A DNA stretch of 58,320 nt from Bacilli bacterium (GTDB lineage: Bacteria > Bacillota_I > Bacilli_A > RF39 > UBA660), in the NCBI GenBank assembly GCA_017522615.1, contig JAFWYR010000015.1, positions 1 to 58,320 of the forward strand. Direction: 5' to 3'. Made by a program: the position numbers and the translations under genes. This document shows positions 18,236 to 28,700 of this stretch, one piece after another. Under the pieces are notes generated by a model. That model was not told the DNA's origin. It saw only the letters and a list, made by a program, of their open reading frames with translations, and searched no databases. Numbering within the stretch: the stretch's first letter is position 1; every line of letters starts with the position of its first letter.

Positions 18236-20377
18236 TTAAATTTTTAATTTATTGATTAATAATCTAAAGTAATACTTATACAGTTCATTACTATTTATTC
18301 TATTAAATACTATTTCTCTTTTATTATTCAATTGTTCCTTTAATTCAGATATATTATCAATCTTATCACCGCATATCTCCTTTATTATTTTAGCAAGTGG
18401 AGAAATGATTCCTAATGTTTCAAATATATCATCTTCATTTACCATACTAGAATATTTTTCTACTTGCTTAAATATTCTATTTTGTAAAATGGTGTATTCT
18501 TGTTCTGAAAATGGTTTGTTTTTATCAAAAATATTTTTTAATAATAATATGCCCGGAACATAAACATTTTCTATATAATTATTAACCATATAAAAACTAT
18601 AATTATATAAATTATTTAATTTTTGTTCAAATAGTGAATCATCTTTAGAATATTTAAAAAGAAAATCTCGACCTTTTTTTACTATAAACTTAATTTTATC
18701 ATTTCGCGTTGTATTGATAAGATTTATTCCATACGATAAAATTTGAAACTGGCTAGTTGGCAATGCCCCATATGAAACCGGTTTTTTGTATTCTTTTATG
18801 TATAAATTAAATATTGATTCTCTAATCTTATTTGATGGTTCATAATCATTTTTATTCTCGCTAATTATTTTTTTTATTTCTGAAATTAAAGCATTGTATG
18901 TTGTCTCAAAAAATTTTATTATATTATCTACCTTCAACATAAATGGTAAATAAATGTATTTAATTTCATCATATGTCATTCCATATGTATGCATTATCTC
19001 ATCTAATTTTTGTTGTTTATTAGTGTCTGTAAGCTGTTCATTGTTTATTATTTCGTATTCATCCTTATTACAATCCATGTTAATCCATAAATTATCTAAA
19101 TTAATATATTTATCATCTTTATTATAGTCATTCTTATTACCATAATATACAACTTCTCCAACTTTGTATTTACCTAACCTTCCAGCTCTTCCAACTAAAT
19201 TCCAAAATTCAAATCCAGAAAGATCTTTTGTACCAATTTTTTTTGAAGTTATAATCAATCTTTTTGTTGAAGTGTTAACACCTTCAAGAAGAGTTGATGT
19301 AGCAAACAAAATCATTGTTTCATCAGAATTATTATAAGAATTAATAACATATTCTTTTATAAATGATGGAAGTTCATTATAATGGATTCCGATTCCTTTC
19401 TTTAATGCACTTATGACATTCCACTCATCAATCCATTCTTTTCCATATTCATCTTCAATATATTTAATTAATTCTTTATTTTTATCATCAATATCTATAT
19501 TTTTTGAAAAATCATCTATAGTACTCAACAATTCGTTCTTTGAAGAAAAATAAATAAGCGTTTTTTCATTATCATTTATACTTTTTGATAAAGTTTCATA
19601 ATTTATATTTTTTGTTCCTTCATAAAATAAATCAACAGCAATTGGAGAATAATCATATTTTAATTCTTTATATTCTTTGACGTCTGGTATATCTATTTTT
19701 TTTATAAATGGCCCTAAAAATACGTATTGTTTTGCTATTTTCAATGCAGACAAATATGCTAATGACATGCTATACATTCTCTCTGTATTATTTTCATTTT
19801 GTAGTTTATAAATCTCATCAATTACTAATAAATCTATATTAAATTGACTCTTTTCAGCTTTGGAAAAGTATTCTACAAATCTTTCGTGTGTTAAAATCAT
19901 ACAATATTGATCATATTGATTAGTATCACTACAATTAGTTAAAATTATATGTTTATCCAAGCAATTATTTATTTTTTCAAGATATTCATTTCTTAAAGCT
20001 AATGTTGGAACAATGATAACAATTTTATTAATTTTCTTTTTGTTTCTAGCAATATATTCAAATATTGATGCTGTTTTACCAAAACTTGTTGGGGCACTAA
20101 CAATTAAATTTTCTCCAGATTCCAACAACTGTAAGACCTTATATTGATATGGATGCAAAACAAACTCATTCACCTTTGATTTCGCAATATTCTTATAATT
20201 TTCAAATATGGGATCAATTGTTTCTTGTTCATATAAATATGGCGTTAGACCATATTTATTTAAAACAACTTGAAACGCTAAATTATTCTTATACTGGTTT
20301 TTATCTATTTCACGAATTAATATTTCCCTCTGGTCATTTTCATCTATTTTAAAGATACCTTTTTCATTATCATTCAT
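18236..20377 (-). CDS. hamB: SF2 (Ski2-like) helicase, Hachiman HamB-like
   Basis: LHPYQ, APTSFGKT, DEIY, ATSTLLEGVN and LVGRAGRLG motifs; overlaps the hamA-like stop. Confidence 0.78.
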   Translation of the reverse strand: MNDNEKGIFKIDENDQREILIREIDKNQYKNNLAFQVVLNKYGLTPYLYEQETIDPIFENYKNIAKSKVNEFVLHPYQYKVLQLLESGENLIVSAPTSFGKTASIFEYIARNKKKINKIVIIVPTLALRNEYLEKINNCLDKHIILTNCSDTNQYDQYCMILTHERFVEYFSKAEKSQFNIDLLVIDEIYKLQNENNTERMYSMSLAYLSALKIAKQYVFLGPFIKKIDIPDVKEYKELKYDYSPIAVDLFYEGTKNINYETLSKSINDNEKTLIYFSSKNELLSTIDDFSKNIDIDDKNKELIKYIEDEYGKEWIDEWNVISALKKGIGIHYNELPSFIKEYVINSYNNSDETMILFATSTLLEGVNTSTKRLIITSKKIGTKDLSGFEFWNLVGRAGRLGKYKVGEVVYYGNKNDYNKDDKYINLDNLWINMDCNKDEYEIINNEQLTDTNKQQKLDEIMHTYGMTYDEIKYIYLPFMLKVDNIIKFFETTYNALISEIKKIISENKNDYEPSNKIRESIFNLYIKEYKKPVSYGALPTSQFQILSYGINLINTTRNDKIKFIVKKGRDFLFKYSKDDSLFEQKLNNLYNYSFYMVNNYIENVYVPGILLLKNIFDKNKPFSEQEYTILQNRIFKQVEKYSSMVNEDDIFETLGIISPLAKIIKEICGDKIDNISELKEQLNNKREIVFNRINSNELYKYYFRLLINKLKI

Positions 20378-21317
20378 ATTCTATAATCATCTCTTCCACT
20401 CTTTTTATAAAATCATTTTTATTTTTAATTGGTAAGGTAACACAATTTATTTCTATATCTTTAAAATTAATTTTTTTTCTAAATTCATTTACTTTGTTAG
20501 TAATAAATTCATAATCATATTTTTCTCCATGTGCAACAAAAAAAACAAGCGCGACATTATATAACTTTTCTTCTTTTTTTAAATTAAAGAAAGAAAGGGT
20601 TTTATTTATTGTCGTCTTCATTCCAAATTCAGCAAATTTTCGTTTTATTTTTTCACTACTTCTAATATCATTATATCGCTGTGCTAGTAATTGACACTCC
20701 TCATTCATTTTAAAATCCATCAAATCCAATTCATCAGTATGCTGTTGCAACCCTAAATCAATATTATTTGTTAATTTAGATTCACCATAAAACATTGTAT
20801 TAGTTTTCTCATTAAAATGAACTGTATCTATTCCAAATACTTTCATATTTCTACTTGTTGTTTGAGCTAATTTAGTAACAAACACACTTGCATTAAATTT
20901 TTCTTCTATAATTTTTGATAATATTATTTCTGCAATTACATCATAACCATTTATATTATTATCAAGATATTGATCAAACTTTTCTTCCCAATCTTTTTTA
21001 TTAATATCTATTTTTTCACCATTTAGTTTTGCTCTTTTTGACTTACATATTTTTTTCTTAATATCTTTTGGAACATTATCACGAATATATTCTTTTTTCA
21101 AATTTTTTATCAAACTTATCAATTGATGTATCGGATATAATTTTTTAAAATCTTCAACTGGCTCATCTAGAAAATTTGTTACATACTTATATAATTCTTT
21201 ATCTTGAAATATTGACTTTATAATATATTTATTAAATTCCTCATTATCTATTTTTATATGTTTATATTGTATATGATTTTTATCATCTTCAATAATTTCA
21301 AATTGGTCGGAAAACAT
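20370..21317 (-). CDS. hamA: Hachiman HamA-like nuclease (DUF1837)
   Basis: EIIL...K...NMKVFGIDTVHF...FYGESKL, a PD-(D/E)XK-type signature; coupled to the helicase gene. Confidence 0.78.
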   Translation of the reverse strand: MFSDQFEIIEDDKNHIQYKHIKIDNEEFNKYIIKSIFQDKELYKYVTNFLDEPVEDFKKLYPIHQLISLIKNLKKEYIRDNVPKDIKKKICKSKRAKLNGEKIDINKKDWEEKFDQYLDNNINGYDVIAEIILSKIIEEKFNASVFVTKLAQTTSRNMKVFGIDTVHFNEKTNTMFYGESKLTNNIDLGLQQHTDELDLMDFKMNEECQLLAQRYNDIRSSEKIKRKFAEFGMKTTINKTLSFFNLKKEEKLYNVALVFFVAHGEKYDYEFITNKVNEFRKKINFKDIEINCVTLPIKNKNDFIKRVEEMIIEYE

Positions 21318-21337
21318 TTTATCACCTACTACAAAAA

Positions 21338-21405
21338 AAGTTTAATCTTATAAGATTAAACTTAAATACTGTTAAAAGTATATCATAATTTTATAAATAA
21401 GACAA
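21338..21405 (-). promoter_or_regulatory. sigmaA promoter of hamAB followed by a 26-bp palindrome
   Basis: TTGTCT (21405-21400), 17 bp, TATACT (21382-21377) with extended TG; palindrome at 21338-21363. Confidence 0.6.
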
Positions 21406-21427
21406 TTTCTAGGCATGTACTTATAAA

Positions 21428-22687
21428 CTATTCTGCACTATCTTCTTCAATATTAGATAATAGTTTTCGTTTAACTTCTTTTTCATCAAACACTTCTCTA
21501 TGTCTTTTCAAGTACTCTTTTCTTTTGTCATTAAGTATTGCCTTGAATACTCTTTCTGTAAGTTTTAGTTCTTGAATTAGTTTATATTCATTTTTTAGCA
21601 GATATGAAAATACTATTTCTCCATCATCAGATATAGTAATAAGATGTTTGTCAAATAAAGCATCTGCATTAGCAATCATTAAAATACCATTATTGATGTC
21701 GAAAGCTTCTTCTACAGAGCATTCGTTAAATGCCTTTATGTGTGAAGCTCTAAATAGCGTACCCACACTAGAGAAATTAGCAGTAATATAAGTCAATGGG
21801 CAAAATATTTCATCATCTGTTGTGGTATAACTCATCATCTCATCGGCCAATAAATTTCTCCACTTATTTTGATTTTTACGAGTTTTTTCTGCCTCACCAG
21901 AACTTAATTCATCTTTCTTTAATAAATTAAATAATTCTTGTTTGTTACTATCACTTAAGAATTTTTCCCATGTAGCATTACTTTCACCAATTAAAGTAAA
22001 GAATCTTGGATTTTTATCTAACATTATATATATTTCTTTTTTATCTTCTTTTCTTCTTAGTAATATATTTAATGTATCACTTTTAAAAATAGATCTTCTT
22101 AAATTTTTAAATACTTCATCATCTGATGTTCCTAGTCCATGAATTGCATGAGTCAATTGTATTGGTGTAAATTCGCCAGACAATTCTATTTTATATCTAT
22201 CATATTTCCATGATAATGGATGTTTATCTAATTTTTCAAATACCTTTTTAGTATAATCTATATCGAAGTATTTCAATGTATCATTTACTAGATATACATC
22301 TGCATAGTTATTAACGATAGGATGTTCATGTTGACTTGATTGTGAACCTTTCCTTCTTTGTAATTGTGGCATACCAATAAACTCATAAAAATCGCTTGGA
22401 ACAAATATGTTAGATTGTTTTGCATTTTCAAACTCTTTATTTCTAACTTGTTCAATTTCTTTCATTTCTGAAACTGAAAGATAATATAAATAGTTTTTAT
22501 CAATTGATTCGTTAGGACCATTTCGTTTTCCAGAATTTAATAAATCAGAATGAGTTATACTTTTTACAATTAACATATAGTCCCAATCTGGTTGACTTCT
22601 CATCAAATTGGCAATTGAATCAGATTTATTTGCTAAGTATTCATAAATTTTATCTATTTCTTTTATTACAGGATTTCTTGAAGCCAC
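21428..22687 (-). CDS. HNH endonuclease, putative restriction enzyme
   Basis: C-terminal CPLT...LFRASHIK...NNGILM.AN.D.LFDKHLIT. Follows the two MTase genes. Start is GTG 22687 (GGAG RBS) or TTG 22702. Confidence 0.8.
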   Translation of the reverse strand: MASRNPVIKEIDKIYEYLANKSDSIANLMRSQPDWDYMLIVKSITHSDLLNSGKRNGPNESIDKNYLYYLSVSEMKEIEQVRNKEFENAKQSNIFVPSDFYEFIGMPQLQRRKGSQSSQHEHPIVNNYADVYLVNDTLKYFDIDYTKKVFEKLDKHPLSWKYDRYKIELSGEFTPIQLTHAIHGLGTSDDEVFKNLRRSIFKSDTLNILLRRKEDKKEIYIMLDKNPRFFTLIGESNATWEKFLSDSNKQELFNLLKKDELSSGEAEKTRKNQNKWRNLLADEMMSYTTTDDEIFCPLTYITANFSSVGTLFRASHIKAFNECSVEEAFDINNGILMIANADALFDKHLITISDDGEIVFSYLLKNEYKLIQELKLTERVFKAILNDKRKEYLKRHREVFDEKEVKRKLLSNIEEDSAE

Positions 22688-22688
22688 A

Positions 22689-23675
22689 TTACCACTCTCC
22701 AATCTTATTTTTTTCTATGTAATCAAACAATTCTTTTGCAACTGCATATATTACATTTATTGTGACTGCATTACCGAATTGTTTATATGCTTGTGTATCA
22801 GATACTACTTGTTTCCAATCACTTGGAAATCCTTGAAGTTTTCTGCATTCGTTAGGGGTTAGCTTTCTAATATTTGTCTTATTCTCATTACAATATTTTT
22901 CATGGTTTTTAATATCTGTATAATAATTATCTTGACTAGCTCTATGCATCTTATGCATAGTTGCTGTTAATGTCTTACATATATCTTGATCTATAGTTGG
23001 TTTAACGATATACCCTTTTGTTCCTTTTCCTAAAATAGTTCCAATCATATTTGTACTAATAAAATATTTTTCTTCTACATCTTCATCTAAGAAGTCTTTA
23101 GCTGTACATGTTAATATTTGTTTTTCTGGATATGTGAATGGTTCATCATTAAAATATTTTTTGTTTATTGCTACAATTATGGCTCTGTTTCTTCTTTGAG
23201 GAATACCATAATCTTGTGAATTTAAAACTTGGTAATATACTTTATATCCAAGTTCCTCAAGCTCTTTTCTCATTCTTGAAAATGTTTTACCCTTATCATG
23301 ATTTAATAAATTCTTAACATTTTCTAATACAGCAACTTTTGTATCATGTTTTTTTAGTATTTCTTTTATTGTAAAAAATAGTGTCCCCCTTTCATCATCA
23401 AATCCTTTTAATTTACCAAGTGTTGAAAATGGTTGGCAAGGAAATCCTGCAACTAAAATATCATGTTTTGGTATATCATCAAGATGTTCATTGATATCAC
23501 CAAGAACTATATTATTACTAACATTTGCTTTAAATGTTTCTACACAATATTTATCAAAATCATTTGCCCAGATTAAATCAAAGCCAGCATTCGAAAATGC
23601 AATATCAAATCCACCTATTCCAGCAAACAAACTTACTGTTTTATATTTATATTTTTCATGATTAATTCTTTCCAT
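22689..23675 (-). CDS. dcm: DNA (cytosine-5)-methyltransferase, second of pair
   Basis: FAGIGG, GFPCQ, ENV, QRRNR, LQGFP and QFGNAV. Confidence 0.93.
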   Translation of the reverse strand: MERINHEKYKYKTVSLFAGIGGFDIAFSNAGFDLIWANDFDKYCVETFKANVSNNIVLGDINEHLDDIPKHDILVAGFPCQPFSTLGKLKGFDDERGTLFFTIKEILKKHDTKVAVLENVKNLLNHDKGKTFSRMRKELEELGYKVYYQVLNSQDYGIPQRRNRAIIVAINKKYFNDEPFTYPEKQILTCTAKDFLDEDVEEKYFISTNMIGTILGKGTKGYIVKPTIDQDICKTLTATMHKMHRASQDNYYTDIKNHEKYCNENKTNIRKLTPNECRKLQGFPSDWKQVVSDTQAYKQFGNAVTINVIYAVAKELFDYIEKNKIGEW

Positions 23676-24783
23676 TTTTTCCTCCAATAAATTCAACATT
23701 TTTAAGTATTGCTATCAATACATCAACAACAATTGAATTTCCACTTTGTTTTAATGCTTGTGCCTTTGATACAACAATTTTAAAACTATCAGGAAATCCC
23801 ATCAATCTATATGTTTCTCTTACTGTTAATGCCCTTATCTTACCATTAGTTGTAACATAATTATTAACACTAGCTCTATGACTATTACCTTGTGTAGATA
23901 ATAATGCTCTCGCAATAGGTAAATCAATTTCAGCATCATGATGCATAAAATTTTTAGTTCCCGGGCATAAAACATATTTTTTTAATTTTTCTGATAGATA
24001 ATATTTTTCTTCGGGTTCTTCACCAACTTTTTCTGTTATTATTAATTTACCATTTTTATTAACTAGATTTCCCTCTTTATTATTTTCTACCAAAAAATCT
24101 TGCATAGTATATTTTAATTTTTGTGGACTTGGAAATTCAAACTTTTCACCATCTTTTTTGTTTTTAAATCCAACAACATATAATCTTCTCCTACTTTGAG
24201 GTATTCCATAATCTTTTGCATTTAATATTGCCCATTTGTAATAGTATCCTAATTCACCAAAGATGTTTTGCATTACTTTCCAAGTGTTTCCCTTATCATG
24301 AGTTAGTACACCATATACATTTTCATAAATAAACATTCTAGGTTGTATTTCTTTTACTAATCTAGCAAAATCATAAAATAACGTACCTCTTGCGTCTTCA
24401 AATCCTCCTCTTGCACCAGCAATTGAAAAGCTTTGACAAGGTGATCCTCCAACAAATAGATCTACTTTGTTTTTAAAATCAGTACCATCTAATAATTTAA
24501 CATCATAAAAAAAGTTGTTATCTTTCACTGAATAGTTTGCTAAATAGGCATCTTTAACAAAATTGTGTTTTCGGGTATTAGTGAAATATAAATTATCAAC
24601 ATATTCTTTTTTTTCTTTTATACTTTTCATTTTTCTTATTTTTTTCATTTCTTTTTCATAATTTATATCTATATTGATATCCCCATTATCACAAGCAAAT
24701 TCTAATTCATAATTTATATTTAAACGTTCTAATGCTTGTTCGATTGCTTCTATTCCGCTAAAAACTGTTCCTAACTTAATCAT
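23662..24783 (-). CDS. dcm: DNA (cytosine-5)-methyltransferase, first of pair
   Basis: GSPCQ, ENV, QSRRR, LMGFP and QSGNSI. Motif I reads FSGIEA. Start placed at ATG 24783 after GGAGGG. Confidence 0.9.
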   Translation of the reverse strand: MIKLGTVFSGIEAIEQALERLNINYELEFACDNGDINIDINYEKEMKKIRKMKSIKEKKEYVDNLYFTNTRKHNFVKDAYLANYSVKDNNFFYDVKLLDGTDFKNKVDLFVGGSPCQSFSIAGARGGFEDARGTLFYDFARLVKEIQPRMFIYENVYGVLTHDKGNTWKVMQNIFGELGYYYKWAILNAKDYGIPQSRRRLYVVGFKNKKDGEKFEFPSPQKLKYTMQDFLVENNKEGNLVNKNGKLIITEKVGEEPEEKYYLSEKLKKYVLCPGTKNFMHHDAEIDLPIARALLSTQGNSHRASVNNYVTTNGKIRALTVRETYRLMGFPDSFKIVVSKAQALKQSGNSIVVDVLIAILKNVEFIGGKNGKN

Positions 24784-24797
24784 AAAATCCCTCCAAG

Positions 24798-24844
24798 TTG
24801 ACCTGCGTCTATTATAATTATACCACAAATTTGACCTGCGTCTA
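24798..24844 (-). promoter_or_regulatory. Promoter of the R-M operon flanked by two 14-bp direct repeats
   Basis: TTGACCTGCGTCTA at 24798-24811 and 24831-24844, with TGgTATAAT (24825-24817, minus strand) between them. Confidence 0.75.
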
Positions 24845-25029
24845 CCCTTTTTAAAACTTTTTAATAATATATACAAATCATACAATATAAATAATTTTTA
24901 AAAATTATTATTAATAATTAAAGATGTAAATTATAAAAAAGATAATTCTAACAATATAAAGGAAAATAATAACATATAATATAGTTGTTAAAAAATTATC
25001 AACTATGATAAAATTTGAATCATTATTTT

Positions 25030-25608
25030 TTATTCAAAATGATATGTATCATCCTCTTTTACCATAAACATATCTTTATATACTAGTAGTTTTATTTTAC
25101 TATTTATTTTATATGGCTTTTTAATATCTCCTAGTTGATAGAGAATAAATCTTGGACCATCATTTGTTGTAACTCTTAATTTTACTATTTGAGCAGGCAT
25201 TTCATTTATTAATAGATTGTCATTCATATATCCATATACTGTTGCTTCTATTTCTTTTCCTTTTGTTTTTACAAGATTATATCTAATAAATGTTCTTAAA
25301 GCTATTATAAATGCTACTACTCCGATAATTGCAAATATACTGCTAAAAAGTATTACTGATAAAGTATCGCTTGAATTAGTTAATATGAATATTATTGGAA
25401 AAATAAATCCAAAGAACCCAAATGAAACTGCAAATATCATAGGAAACCAAGTGTTCCAAAAATTTTTATTTGCTTCTTTGCATTTTATTACTGGATATTC
25501 CATGTTTGCTTCTGATGAATCTAGACCTGTTAAATTTCGGCAGTATGGACATACTTCTGATGTTATTTGTGCTCCACAATTCGGGCATTTTTTATTTGTA
25601 TCTTTCAT
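25030..25608 (-). CDS. Zinc-ribbon membrane protein
   Basis: CPNCGA...CPYC followed by two TM helices. Confidence 0.75.
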   Translation of the reverse strand: MKDTNKKCPNCGAQITSEVCPYCRNLTGLDSSEANMEYPVIKCKEANKNFWNTWFPMIFAVSFGFFGFIFPIIFILTNSSDTLSVILFSSIFAIIGVVAFIIALRTFIRYNLVKTKGKEIEATVYGYMNDNLLINEMPAQIVKLRVTTNDGPRFILYQLGDIKKPYKINSKIKLLVYKDMFMVKEDDTYHFE

Positions 25609-25767
25609 ATTATCACCTATTTTTATTATATCAAAAAAATATATTTATTAAAAAGAGTTATTTTTAAATATTGTTATTAATAAGTAATTATATTACTAAT
25701 TTATAAAAAAGACAAAGGTTTATTTCTTTGTCTTTAATAGTAATTATTTATGGTATTTATAAAAGTG

Positions 25768-28700
25768 TTAAGGCTCTAAAGTATAGTATAAAGTATTATA
25801 AACAATATCTTCAATTGTTTCTGTTCCTTTAACTATTATAGCTCCTTCCTCTATTTGGGTTATTTTATTTTCTTTTTCAAGTGGTGCGTTTTCTCCTTTA
25901 ATTATACCATCATATATAGATATATTTACAGTTGATGTTAAACCATATATCTTTCCTTGTATTACTGGTTTTTGAATATTATATGTTCCATCTTTAGAAC
26001 CAATTACTAATTGATTTGCATTACTTATAGCGTGCTGATTTTTAGAAATAATTGTTCCTCCAGTTATGGTTATATTTCCTCCAGCTTTACTTGTGTTTTG
26101 AACAGTAGCTCTTTGATTAGATGATGATTCTAGATATGCATCATCAGAAATTAGTAATGTTCCTCCATCATTATATATTGCCTGTCTTGTTCCAGTTGCT
26201 ATAACTTTTGCATTTTCTATGGTTAAAGTAGCATCTTGATTATTATTTATGGCTCCACTTCCAGCAGAACAAGTTACTGTTCCATTTGTTATTTTAAGAG
26301 TTCCATTATTTTCTATTACAGTAGAGCTTGAATTACTGATAGTGTGATTTTGAAGGTTAAATATTATATTTTTACCAGCGCTTATAGATAAAGAATCTGA
26401 TATATCTTTTATTAATTTGATTGTTTTTGGTTCACTTGTACTTTGAACAGCATTTATAGCATCCTGCATAGATTCATAGTGTATTCCATCTACTTCTGCG
26501 ACAGGATCAACTATCCATTTAGCGTATAATGTCATATCACTATCTATTGGAATTAATGGTGTTATTTGAGTAGAATAATCAGTATCTGTATACCATCCAG
26601 CGAATGCGTAATTGTCTTTACTTGGAATTGGCATTATATCTATTGTTTTACCATCTTCAATTTGGATACTATCAATATTTGTTCCACCAACTGAGTCAAA
26701 TGTTATTGTATATTTGTCGGCGTTTGGATTATATGGTTTTATTAATTCTAAAGGTACTTCTATTACTGGACGAGCAGCATCTTTACTAGCTGAGGTTACA
26801 GTTAGAACATTTCTAGTTGTAGAGAATATTCTTCTTAATTCATCTCCAGATTTTTCAATCCATAAAGCTGTTCTACCAGTTGTTGGAGATACATATCTTG
26901 TATTTTCTAGTATGAAATTACATGAATCTAATGCTCCTTCTTTAGTAAAATCTTTATCACCACATGCGGCTACTAAATCATCATACTGGATGAATCTCGC
27001 GGCTTTTCCATTACTCATTTCTGGCATGTTTTTCCACTGATCTACTGTAGGTAATTTTTCTATAGCTTCATCGTAGACAAATATATTTTCGGCTTTTTGA
27101 CCTGCTTCTCCTTCAAAGTTTGAATGAGATATTAATACTGCATTTTCACCTTTTGTTCTTAATAGGTAAAATCTTTCTGTTTCTTGGCTAAAGTTACCAT
27201 CTCCATCGACATCACAGTCATAGGCAAAGCCTGGTGATAATTCATCTGAATTTGGTTTTTGACCAAAGACTATAGTTTGATTATTAGTGTATCCTGACGA
27301 AATACATCCTCCATTAGTTTTACAAGTTGATTTATGTAGGGTTCTAGCTGGAACACATTTATAGTTTTCCCATTTAGCATGATAAGTTACATTTCCTGTT
27401 ACAGTTACTGGTTCAGTTACTTTAGTTTCATAGTTTTCATCAGTGTACCATCCGGCAAATGTATATCCTGTTTTTGATGTTGTTGGAAGTGTGTCTATTT
27501 GTTGATTGTAATCTTTAGTTATAGAATCAACTTCTACTCCTCCATGTGTATTAAATGATACTGTATATTTCTTTGGTTTATATATTGGATATATTTCAGT
27601 ATCTTCAACTATTTCAAATACTAAAGTTTTATTTGTGGAATTATTTGACCATTTTTCAAAGTCATAATGTTCTTTGTCTTTAGCTTTTAAGGTAATTTCT
27701 GTTTTATATGGGTATTTTGGCTCAGTAAATGTTGTTTCAACATCTTCTGTAACTATTAAACTATATGTTTCTCTTTCATATTCGTACTCTATAAATGAAG
27801 TACCATCACCTTTGATTGTTAATGATTTTTGTGCTGGATTTATAAATCCTGTTTTAGGTTTAAAGGCTGGATAAACAGTAGTGCCTGCCGCTCCAGTTAG
27901 ATTTTCTATCTCTTCTTCATAGGTTCCCGTTAATGTTTTATATTTATGGATTACTTTATAGCTTATGTTTGGGTTTACAGAATAATGAGCAGTGTATGTT
28001 TTGTTTCCAGTTGAACCTTTTTCTATCGTTACTCTAGTTTGAAGATTTTCTCCGTTACTACCTGTCCATCCGGTAAATGTGTAACCTGGTTTTTCTGGAT
28101 TTATTAAATCAAATGAATCTGTTTCAACATTATATTTATCTGGATTTCCCAGTGCGGATCCTCCATCTAAGTTATACGTGATATCATAATTTAATAGTTT
28201 ATATTTTGCGATTACATCTATATCTTGAGTTAACGGAGCATCAAAATTATATACTTCATCACCTACGTACCAATTTTCAAATTCATAACCTGGTATTTCT
28301 ATAGTTGCTGGTTTTTGCGGAATTGTATTATAATCTATTAATTCGGTTGTTTTTTCACCATTAACTATTGTATTTATTGCGACTTTGTCTAATAATTTAA
28401 TACTACCATTTAATGTTATTGTTAAGCTTGCTGATACAGCTTTAGTTAATACTGGTGTCATTAATAAAGCTATGACAAGTAATTTTTTTATTTTTTTATT
28501 TTTTATTATGATTAATAGTCCTGAAGATGATATTATTAGTAATCCTAAATATACTATTATATTGTCATTAGTTTTAGGATTAACATTTATATCATTTATT
28601 ATTATTTGTCCATTTTCATTTTCAGCAATAATCGATATTATTACTTCTAGGTTTTGATTTCGATCATTTATATTTGTTACTCCACTTATATACGTTGCTT

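Noticed and set aside
21640-21745. HNH nuclease inactivated because it reads NAD rather than NHD
   Set aside because: That position varies in this subfamily, and SH, NG and N.D.LFD are intact. There is no basis for calling it dead.
24784-24885. N-terminal extension of the first MTase given by the ORF track
   Set aside because: It is a translation of the promoter repeats (RRRS twice); the RBS points to ATG 24783.
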